From contig NC_068987.1 in assembly GCF_001194135.2 (NCBI RefSeq), positions 63,058,233 through 63,122,232 on the forward strand: a DNA stretch of 64,000 nt, written 5' to 3'. The notes under the pieces are model-generated. The model was given only the letters and a program-made list of their open reading frames with translations, was not told the DNA's origin and did no database searches. This document shows positions 48,107 to 58,790 of this stretch, one piece after another (within the stretch, counting starts at the first letter, position 1; every line of letters begins with the position of its first letter). The DNA is from Octopus bimaculoides. Taxonomy: Eukaryota. Made by a program: the position numbers and the translations under genes.

Positions 48107-48931
48107 GAAATGATAATCTTCCGAAGTCAGCAAGTCAGTGTTGAATCACCAAAGGCTATTCCTGTACCAAAGACCACAAATGAAGAATTCCAACCAAAAG
48201 CAAAAGTTGCCAAATTGAAACCAGAGAAATCAGTTAAACCTCAAGCACCAGTAGCTGTACAAGTAAAATCTCCACCGTCACAACCACAACTACCGCCAGC
48301 AAAACCCATGATTAAAAATACCAAAATAACTGATAACCGGACCAAAGCAGCAAAGGCACAGATGGCTGCTCAAGCGGCTCAAGCGGCACAAGCGGCACAA
48401 GCAGCACAAGCAGCTCAAGCAGCCCTAGTTGCAGCAACAGTGAAAAGAGTGGTAGTAGAGTCAGACGATGAGTCAGACGAGGATGATGATGAGGAAGAAG
48501 GTGCAGAGTCGGAAGAGGGGGAAGAGGGCAGCAGTGAAGCTGGGGAAGAGAGCAGTGGGGAGGAAGAGGAGGAGGAAGAAGGGGAAGAGTCAGAGGGAAT
48601 GGCGGAGGCGGTGGAAGTTAAGGGCAAGGCACAGTGCAAGGACAGTGGTACCATCAATACTGACAACAACAACGACGATGTCGACGATGACGATGATGGT
48701 GATGAGGATGAGGATGAGGATGATGATGAGGAGGAGGAGGAAGTGGAGGAGGAAAATGACAACAATAATGACGAGGATAATGATGACGAGGGGGATGATG
48801 GTGGTAATAATGCAGGTGTCGAAGTTGACGATAAAGATGACAGCAGTGATGATGATGATGACGATGAGGACGAGGACGATGAGGACGAGGACGATGAGGA
48901 CGATGACGATGAGGAGGAGGAAGATGAATAA
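48107..48931 (+). CDS. HMGB: HMGB/Dsp1-like protein, terminal coding exon (end of box B, Lys/Pro-rich linker, AAQ repeat, long acidic tail)
   Basis: Acceptor ttgcAG at 48105-48106, phase 0. Continues YEK|EMIIF, as expected for the end of an HMG box. Open for 274 codons to TAA at 48929-48931. Confidence 0.88.
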   Translation, partial: EMIIFRSQQVSVESPKAIPVPKTTNEEFQPKAKVAKLKPEKSVKPQAPVAVQVKSPPSQPQLPPAKPMIKNTKITDNRTKAAKAQMAAQAAQAAQAAQAAQAAQAALVAATVKRVVVESDDESDEDDDEEEGAESEEGEEGSSEAGEESSGEEEEEEEGEESEGMAEAVEVKGKAQCKDSGTINTDNNNDDVDDDDDGDEDEDEDDDEEEEEVEEENDNNNDEDNDDEGDDGGNNAGVEVDDKDDSSDDDDDDEDEDDEDEDDEDDDDEEEEDE

Positions 48932-49219
48932 AGCAATGCAATTTGAGAGGCAAAAAGTGCTTTTTTTTTTTTTAATATTTTTTTAATCGCTTAGTGAGAA
49001 GGGGCAAAAGGCAGCCCCTGTGGTCCATTTGGGCCTCTGACTGGTGGCAGGAAAGGTGGACATTATGCTCAAAACCAGAGATCTGTCTCAAATGCTTGTA
49101 ACAGAATGGACTCTGCTAAAACCATCTGATGGCCTGTTGAGGTTGTTAAACAAGTCTATGTATTAAGTCTACCAAAATCGTCCTACTCTATCGAGATCAT
49201 GTACACATTGCATTTATTT

Positions 49220-49225
49220 ATTAAA
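49220..49225 (+). promoter_or_regulatory. Candidate polyadenylation signal (ATTAAA) of the HMGB-like gene
   Basis: ATTAAA about 290 nt after the stop codon, in A-rich context; sequence only. Confidence 0.25.
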
Positions 49226-49589
49226 AAAAAATACAAAAAAATACAGGTACCAAAAATGCTATAAAAGAAAATGTTTTCTTAGCGTTTTTATTTATTTTTT
49301 TGTTTTATAGGGTATTGTTTGCTTTTCTTTTTTTTTGTTGTTATTATCGTTACTTTAGGCATAGGTGCAGGCATGGCTATGTGGTTAAGAAGTTCAGTTC
49401 TCAACCATGTGGTTTTGGGTTCTGTCCTACTGAACATCACCTTGGGCAAATGTTTTCTACAATTGCCCTGAGTCAACTAAAACCTTGTGAGTGTATTTGG
49501 TTGATAGAAATTGAAAAAAATAAGCCCTTTCCATGAATGTGTGTATATATACATATGTGTGTAACGTGTGTATATATATATATTTATAT

Positions 49590-49860
49590 AGATAGGGTGA
49601 TAAATTGAATATTAATTCAATTTAAAACCAAGTGGCCTAGCATATAAAAAAATCTGAAAATTCAGAAAAAATTGTATTACACGTGTATAAGGGATGACCA
49701 CTAGGTGGACATCCAATATGCTAGAAAGAGGTCATCAACGACCCAACCACAAAGAAAAATAATTAGTTTTCTTTATTTTTCTTTGTGGTTGGGTCATTGA
49801 TGACCTCTTTCTAGCATATTGGATGTCCACCTAGTGGTCATCCCTTATACACATGTAATA
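49590..49860. repeat. (TA)n-flanked interspersed element with an 88-bp fold-back
   Basis: Same family as 55842-56159; arms 49675-49762 and 49773-49860. Confidence 0.85.
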
Positions 49861-51059
49861 TATGTGTCTGTATATATGTATATATATACATATGTATAGA
49901 TGCGTGTATATATAAGATGGACTCTCTTGTCGAAAACAACGCTGAGCGTTCAGTTCTTGCCAAATAACCTGCACAAATGATATGTTTACCTTGATCAAAT
50001 GGTCATGCCACACATTAGCTCACTGTCTCTATCAAATCAATGTTGTCTGAACAGGTGCACAGTGTAACACACGATGAAAGGTGTTTTAGCAGTTTAGTGA
50101 TCATCTCTTCTCTTTGATTATCTCCAAATACACTGTTTACTTTCTTTTAAGGAAGTAAGCTTTGAGGAAGATTTGGCTGCTATTTCTAGTTAGTCAAGTG
50201 ACTGCACAGGTGCTTTGGTGGTAGCTAATAGCTGATCAAACATTTGGCATTGTTCCACAAATCCACAAGTTGTGAGTCCTTTAATTTGTGTCAGGAATGC
50301 CACTGAAGAGAGATAAGAAACAAACTAAGTCTTAGGGTTGATTTATTTAATTAAAACCCTTCAAGGTGGTGCCCCAGATTGGCCACAGTCAGATGACTAA
50401 AACAAGTAAAAGATAAAAGTTAAGAATAAAAATAGAAACAACAGCCAAATATCTCTCAAATTCCATCCTGCTGTCTTGAGAAAGGAAGAGATGGTGTGGT
50501 TACCCCTGGAATGTTTTTGGTCCTAAGCCTATTCAATCGGCTAATCTGGGGTTAAACAACAGCACATCACCTCCCTCCAGTTAATGTCTTTGGTAAATCA
50601 GTTCTAGAAGTAAGTATCAATTTGTATCAATGGGAAGAATTAGTTGGTGGAATTGAACTCAGTACTGCTGGTTTTACAAATCACTCACCGCCTGACTGGT
50701 CCTCGTGCCGGTGACACGTAAAAGCACCCACTACACTCTTGGAGTGGTTGGCGTTAGGAAGGGCGTCCAGCTGTAGAAACTCTGCCAGATCAGATTGGAG
50801 CCTGGTGCAGCCATCTGGTTTGCCAGTCCTCACTCAAATTGTCCAACCCATGCCAGCATGGAAAACGGACGTTAAACGATGATGATGATGATGTCACTGC
50901 TAAGAATGCTTGCAATCTGTGTGGACTTGATCATTTCAAGTTTGTCTTAGTCATCAAAACTACCCAGTTCTCTTAAATGCCTATGCTGTCATGTTATTTA
51001 TCAAGAAAGTAGTACAATGAGGTGTCATCCAATTACTGGCATAGCAGTATCACCGTTAA

Positions 51060-52140
51060 CTATTGGGTCAAACTACAAGGGCAAAAGAGATGTTCTAGAA
51101 AGAGGTCACTGTAGAAGCATCAAACTGATGGGCCAAGTTATGAAAATAACAGAAAGAGTTTTTAGCAACAACTGATTAGGATAAGAATTAGCTTGGATGA
51201 AATACAGTTTGGATTTGTGCCTTGACAGGTTATGACTGATGCCCTCTTCCTAGTGGGCAACTACAAGAGAAATTCTTAGCTGAGTGCTATATCAATTGTT
51301 CATTGATCTGGAGAAAGCCTTTGACAGGGTGCCATGTTCTGTAGTCTGATAGTCTTTAAGAAAGCTAGGTGTAGATGAATAGTTTGTGGTAGCTGTGCAA
51401 GCCTTGCACATTGTTGCTATCAGCAAGATGAGATCTCAATGAAGAATTCAGCGTGCAGGTAGGTGTCTAATCAAAACTTGGGTCTCAGCTCTTTCCTGTT
51501 TATTATACTTCTCTTTCCTGTTTATTATACTTAAACATGAGTTTAAGATCGAGTGATGACCAGCTCTCATAGTGGAATAATTCAAAGATATAGAGAATTT
51601 CTTCTCTAAAATCAAGATGTCTGAGAGTAGACCTAACAAAGTCAAAAGTTATAACAGGAAAGAAAACAAGAATCTACTACCATTTGGAATGTGGATATGC
51701 TCAATATGCAGAAATGATGCAAGTAGGAATTCTGCACAGGGTACAGGGTATGCAATATAAACAATGTGTGGACATGTGATGTAGTTGAAACTCAGAAAAC
51801 TGTCAGATGCACAAAAGTAGCTTGTCATAATAGCACCCTCAAAATTCAAATACTTGGGAAGTAGTTGATAACTTCTGTTACCTGTGTGATCTAATTTGCA
51901 ATTGAAGTTGAAACTTTGAAACACAGTAGCCAGAATACAGAATAGAAAAAGTTCTAGGAACTCTTCTCTTTTGGCAAAAAGGAGTTCTATCTTCAAATGC
52001 AAGATAAAGTGTATGATGTGTATTGTTGCTTGGTAGCAAAATATGGGCATTGAATGTGAAGGTTGTGCAAAACTTGAAAAGAAATGAAAGAAGTAAGATA
52101 AAATAAAACTTAAAATTTTTATGTCAATAATGCGAGCTCT
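51060..52140 (+). mobile_element. Decayed RTE LINE reverse transcriptase
   Basis: DVLERGHCRSIKLM, DEIQFGFVP..TDALFLV, FIDLEKAFDRVP..SLRKLGVDE, with stops and frameshifts. Confidence 0.85.
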
Positions 52141-54122
52141 TTGCAATAAATTTATCCCAGAGAGAAGGATCAATATATGCAAAAACATTTTTTGAGACAG
52201 AAGTCTATGAGATGAAGAATAAAGATCTCAAAATGTTGAAGGCAGCAAGGAATCCCATTTAAAACACCGAAAGCAAACTCAAACTCTCCCAGGACAGTGC
52301 AGGAAGAAAAGTCACTGCTGTAGAAAATACAAAAATGAACCTCAGATTCTATAAATTTGCAAAATTGATTATATTATGAAGTGGCATCCATCAATTACAT
52401 CGACATAAAAGAGTGATGTAATATCAGCAAAAAATAAACACAACCTGATGGCTTTCCTGAGATTCTTTTAAAGACATAAGAAGACTCCAGCAAAACTACC
52501 ACATATTTTGCAGAGCTTTGCTGTAAATGGTAAACTCATCCCAAAATTAAAAGAAAATATAATATACTCATAAAACAAGAAACAGAGCGGATGCAATTCT
52601 TCACACTAACCCCTTCTTCTCTTTCTCTTATTTTGTTATTGACCCCAGGTTAATGTTGAATAAACTGATATAAAGTCAAAGATGTGTTCTGTTTCCTCTC
52701 CCACAGTACATTAACATCACCTTTTTTCCTTGCTTTTACTATTTTAATCATTGCTTTTATAGACCATCTCTAGTCTCTTTGAATTTTAGGGATTATATTA
52801 TTATTGTAATTCAGTTGTAACTCGATACCACATAACTTATTTTGTTATGTGTGAGAGGCAATGTTGTAGTTTGGGTGGGGGAAAATGTAAGAGATGAAAA
52901 GGCCAGCCTACCTGAACTACAAGTCATCTTTAATTAACACGAGAAGTGTGCACACTGGTTTGTGAGTAATGAATCAGTGGCTTCATAAAGACCCACATAG
53001 TGTTGTCATTGTTGGACAAAATGCTAAGTGGTATTTCTTCCAGCCTTATTCTGAGTTAAAATTTTGTTAAGGTAAAATAAGTTCCAATTGAGCACTGGGG
53101 TCATTGTAATTGAGTAGCTCCTTCCCCCAAAATTTCAGATCTTGTGCTTATAGTAGGAATAAAAAAAGAAAAAAAAAAGACAAATAATATTTCCTCTTTT
53201 AAAACTGGATTGGCAGAATTGGTAGCATGTTGAACAAAATGTCATGTGATATTAAGTTATGGCTCTTTACATTCTGAGTTCAAATCTTACTGAGGTCTAC
53301 TTTGCATTTCATCCTTCTGGGATTGATAAAATAAAGCATCAATCAAGGACTAGGGTTGACATAATCAGTGTTTTCTTCCCTTAAATTTCTGGCCTTGTAC
53401 CTATCAAGAAATTACCAGGGCAGTGAATTAGCAGAATCATTAGTGTATTGGACAAAATGCATTGCAGTATTTGTTCAAATTCTTTACAATCTGAGTTCAA
53501 ATCCTGCTGAAGTCTATCTTGCTTTTCATCTTTCTGGGAGGCATTAAAATAAATCATTTGTTAAATAATTGACTAAACTCCTGCACACAAAATTGCTGGC
53601 CTTGTGCCTGAATGTGATACCTTGCTGCCAGTTTTGACCTTTGTTACCATAAAAGTTTTATTCTTTGCATTATAATTTACAGTAATAAGTAAATTGAGAA
53701 CTCTGAAAAACAAACAAACAAAAATGTTGGAAAATGAAGTATCTTGAGTTCCTTCAAGCATCTAAGTGAAGGTTTTTGTTATAAGGTTAATTGAAAATGT
53801 GGGCCCTTATAGCTACAAAATTTGTGTAAGGAGCAGTGACTTCAGGTACTAGTGCTGCTTAAAAAAGAGATCAAGGTAGGGTCCATGCAAGTAGCTTTTT
53901 TCCTGCCAATATTTACATGACTCTGTGGTTGAAAAGCTCACTTCTTAATCACATGGTTTCAAGTTCAGTCTCACTACGTGGCACATTGGGCAAGTGTCTT
54001 CTATTATAGCACTTGGTCAACCAAAGTCTTGTGAGTGGATATAATGGACAGAAACTAAAAGAAGCTCATATATATATGTATATATATATATAGCCAAATC
54101 GACNNNNNNNNNNGATGATGAT

Positions 54123-54158
<36 letters not shown>

Positions 54159-55664
54159 TATATGTATGTGTGTGTTCTTGTCTTAATAATGCTTGATAGA
54201 TGTAAGTGAATGTCATAGTTATACATGCAATGCCATTCATTTCCAATCATACATGAAAACATGCCTGGACATGGGTAATAATACTTTGCTTAGAAAGAAG
54301 TTGGCAACAGGAAGGGCATGCAGCTATTAAAAATTATCTTCAACAAACTCCATTCAGCCTTTGCAAGCATGGAGAGTGGATGTTAAAATGACAACAACGA
54401 CGATGTTGATGATTATGTTGTATTTTCCTCTGGTAGCTGGCAACAGATTCAAGGATGGTACAAACTCTACTTATACCACTGACTCCAGTTCACTCAGCTG
54501 TAGAAATAAGTTGCAATGTCACTGGTGCCAAGGCCTTGCCTTTCCTTTGGATAACATCAGTGGCGTAAAGAGGGGAGTCTGGTATGCATGGATGACTGCT
54601 GGTCTTCCATAAACAACTTTGCTTGGATTTGTGCCACCTCAGAGGGGAACTTTTTAGGTGCAATCCCATGGCCATTCACGAACAAAGGAGTCTTTACCCT
54701 TTACACTAGGCATTATTAGTTTCAAAAGACATGCATCCAGTGCAGAAGTTGAGAGATGTAGGTGATAGATAAAGAAATATATTACAGTAAAAGTAATCTT
54801 TAAATACTGATATTCATCAATCATATTAAAAGGCTTAGTAATAACACAAGGTAAACAATTACAGTTCTATTTGTTTAGAGAGTCACTGCTCTAAAAAAGA
54901 ATTATTTTGTGTTCTCAAAATAGGTAGAGAAATTTGCAGGATTACTTTGTTTCAATAGTAGAATACCTGTCGTGTTAATAGGAGATGTAGGTTCAATTCC
55001 TATGGACAGCTGTTGATATTTTCTATCCAAAGGATTCTTTTAATCTAATGTGCATGTGCTATTATTTATAGCTTTATCTGCTTTGAGATCCACTGTTACA
55101 TAAAAGGATAATTTTACATTCTCTTGAAGTTTATAAATTCTTCTTACATCAACAACATACAGTTCTTGCTGGTAAGAACAAAGTTTCTAAAATGGATTGA
55201 GAAATTCAAAGTATTGAAGGCTGATTTCAAAATGCTGAACATTACAAAGATGACAAATAAACGATTACCCATTTGAGTTATTGTTTAGATTTGTTACAAA
55301 CACACACACACATACATGTATCATCATCATCATCATCATCGTTTAACGTTCGCTTTCCATGCTAGCATGGGTTGGACGATTTGACTGAGGACTGGTGAAA
55401 CCGGATGGCAACACCAGGCTCCAATCTAAATTTGGCAGAGTTTCTACAGCTGGATGCCCTTCCTAACGCCAACCACTCAGAGAGTGTAGTGGGTGCTTTT
55501 ACGTGTGTATGTATGTATGTATGAGTTGGCAGTACAGCTAAGCACTTTATAGGTGCAAAACCAATGGTCAGTTTCTGACTGGCCATTACAAACAATCATC
55601 TAAATATGTTACTGTTCTAGTGACTTAGAATGTACTTCTTTTTCAGATATATGAACTACTGATG

Positions 55665-55696
<32 letters not shown>

Positions 55697-55758
55697 ATAT
55701 ATACATTATCCATTATCTATTTTCTTTTTTTTGTTTGTAACACTGACAAATTATATGC

Positions 55759-55797
<39 letters not shown>

Positions 55798-55841
55798 TAT
55801 ATATATACACACACACATAATATATATACATATATATATAC

Positions 55842-56159
55842 ACGTGTATAAGGGATGACCACTAGGTGGACATCCAATATGCTAGAAAGAAGTCATCAAT
55901 TACCCAAGCACAAAGAAATTTTTTTCTGAATTTTCAGATTTTTTTATTTGCTAGGCCACTTGGTTTTAAATTGTATTAATATTCAATTTATCACCCTATC
56001 TATATAAATAATACATATATATTAATACAATTTAAAACCAAGTGGCCTAGCAAATAAAAAAATCTGAAAATTCAGAAAAAAATTTCTTTGTGCTTGGGTA
56101 ATTGATGACTTCTTTCTAGCATATTGGATGTCCACCTCGTGGTCATCCCTTATACACGT
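55842..56159. repeat. (TA)n-flanked interspersed element forming a 141-bp inverted repeat
   Basis: Arms 55842-55982 and 56019-56159, one mismatch, 36-nt spacer. Confidence 0.9.
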
Positions 56160-56604
56160 ATATATNNNNNNNNNNNNNNNNNNNNNNNNNNNNNNNNNNN
56201 NNNNNNNNNNNNNNNNNNNNNNNNNNNNNNNNNNNNNNNNNNNNNNNNNNNNNNNNNNNNNNNNNNNNNNNNNNNNNNNNNNNNNNNNNNNNNNNNNNNN
56301 NNNNNNNNNNNNNNNNNNNNNNNNNNNNNNNNNNNNNNNNNNNNNNNNNNNNNNNNNNNNNNNNNNNNNNNNNNNNNNNNNNNNNNNNNNNNNNNNNNNN
56401 NNNNNNNNNNNNNNNNNNNNNNNNNNNNNNNNNNNNNNNNNNNNNNNNNNNNNNNNNNNNNNNNNNNNNNNNNNNNNNNNNNNNNNNNNNNNNNNNNNNN
56501 NNNNNNNNNNNNNNNNNNNNNNNNNNNNNNNNNNNNNNNNNNNNNNNNNNNNNNNNNNNNNNNNNNNNNNNNNNNNNNNNNNNNNNNNNNNNNNNNNNNN
56601 NNNN

Positions 56605-56672
56605 TAAAAATAAAAATAATAATAAAAAGAGGAAATCTTTATTTATTTGACTTCTACAAAAATAACCGAACA
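56605..56672 (+). promoter_or_regulatory. EXOC1: Candidate non-coding first exon / 5' UTR of EXOC1
   Basis: Strong donor gaaca|GTAAGT at 56673, at the edge of a locally CpG-retaining zone (about 56.6-58.1 kb) and 3.9 kb upstream of the ATG exon. The upstream part is hidden in an N-gap. Inference. Confidence 0.4.
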
Positions 56673-57288
56673 GTAAGTCTGAGCCGTCTTTTTCATTATC
56701 TCTGCATTAGTTAATGTAATATTTTATGATTTGAGCTACAAATATTAATAAAACAATTCTTTCGCTTGATGTAGCTTATAAAAGATTTGTCGTCTGAATA
56801 TTTTGGACAAATTTCTTAAACGTTATTTAAATATTATGCATTATATTTGGTAAATTTTTACAATTACACCCTAAAAATTTACCTTATATCTATAATATTT
56901 ATGATAGGCTAATATATATATTTAGCGGTGTAATACACAAACATTTGCAAGTGAAAGTGTGTAAATAAAGCACCTGTATTCTAGACAGGATAATCCTGGG
57001 CTAAGTACGACCCCTCCCACAAATCTAGTAACTACGTTACCGTTGTTTAACCCTAAGTCAATCCGGTATCGAGCAACTCTGTGATCAAAAACATTCAAAC
57101 CGTGACCATCCCGCCCTTCTTCATTTCAGAACCTCATTATCAAATGTGTTCTTCTTTTTAAGGGGAGTAGACTTAATTTATAGAGAGAATAGGCTGCTAT
57201 TTCTAGCGAGTCGACCATTCACTCGGCAATTTGAGACTTGAGTTATGGGCAGAAATTAGTCATTGAAGTCTGGTTTATTTCTCTGATG

Positions 57289-57558
57289 CAGTGTTTCTCA
57301 ACCATTTTTTTTTTTTTACCTATGTACCCCTTTAATTCCCATTTTGCTTTATTAGACCCCTTCCAGTTGCCATTCGATGTTTAAAAAATCCTGTTATGTT
57401 TTCATAATTGAATATTATTAGAAATTGTATTGCAAGAATTGTTAAAATATTTTGTGTATTGTAAAACCAATTTATTGCACATAAATGTTAACGACAAAAT
57501 CTTATAAATCTTGTATGAACCCTTAAAGGGTCATATGGACCCCGGTTGAGAACCATTG
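57289..57558. mobile_element. hAT (Charlie-like) MITE
   Basis: 15-bp TIRs cagtgtttctcaacc / ggttgagaaccattg; 8-bp TSD ctctgatg / ctcttatg (7 of 8 match). Confidence 0.8.
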
Positions 57559-58264
57559 CTCTTATGTACCCAAGATGTGAATAGAATTATGATAGAAATA
57601 ACGTCACCTTTTAAGTTTTCCATTGTCTTCTTGTCACCGCTAGCAGCTCTGATATTTTCAATTTATTAAAAAGGAGAGTATTAAGTGACGTTTAACGAGC
57701 GTCAGTGTTAGGAACCTCAACATATCAACATGTTTTTATTTTGAAACTCAGCATCTTTATACATATATACTGCTTTCAAATGTTGGCACAAAGCCAGCAA
57801 TTTCAGGGGTTGGAGTAAGTCGATTACATCGACCCTAGTACTCAACTGGTTCTTATCGACCATGGAAGGATGAAAGGCAAAGTCGACCTAGGCGGATTTT
57901 GATCCCGGAACGTAAAGACAGACGAAATGCTGCTAAGCATTTTGCCTGGCGTGCTAACGATTCTGCCAGCTTGATCAACATTGTTCCCCCACCCCACTTA
58001 TCCACATAATAATAATTAAATAACAGTCATTGCATCTTTTAATATACTCCTCCCCGTTTCTCCATTTATGATAACATGCTTGGAACTCTGGCTGCGACCA
58101 AAAACAAAAAACATTTGTAAGCTTTGAAGAACTCAGAAGATTTTACACTACTAAAATATGTTTTAGCCTATTATATTCTTTTATGTGATAGTATATTATA
58201 AAATTGTCATACGGTAGTCTTTATAATTCTATTTCTTCTTCTTTATCATCATCATCATTGAGTA

Positions 58265-58790
58265 AGAGAGCAGCACATGCCGTCAAAGTGACACTGGGGT
58301 ACAAATATATGAAGCCCAGTATACCTATCATGACTATCCGTCTGATAAGGGTACACCAGGCACATGCATCACAATCAAATGTGCACGACAGGGTAATCTC
58401 ATATCATGATAAACAGTGCATGACCTTGCAGGTGGGGTCCAGTTAGAATTTTTTTCAGGTCAAGTAGCCCATCCTGCTCAAAAGGTCCCTGAATAAGGGT
58501 TGTTTAAGAATGTTGTACAAAACACCCATGTTTCCAGAGGTGAACTATTCAAACCCCAAAGAATTCTTCTTAATGCATGGCTATGATGCTCCCCCACTAC
58601 TTCTGCTCGTGATCAGAGATGCACATATCGTCAGCCACAAAGGGACATGCTCAACTGGCTAAGGTCAAACAACTGACAAGCAAATCTGTGGTATTAAGCA
58701 GAATATTTGCTGTAGCTCATTTTTTATACCAAGACAAAACATGTACATGATAACACTTCCAATCAGTTAAGATCAGAAGCCATGAGAGCC
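58265..58790. mobile_element. Probable interspersed repeat of unassigned class in EXOC1 intron 1
   Basis: GC-richer block starting after a (CAT)n tail. Single copy in this window, so the assignment rests on composition and recall only. Confidence 0.35.

Noticed and set aside
48415-48986. Poly-Ser, poly-Met/Arg and His/Pro-rich ORFs overlapping the acidic exon
   Set aside because: Shadow frames of the GAT/GAG-rich HMGB exon.
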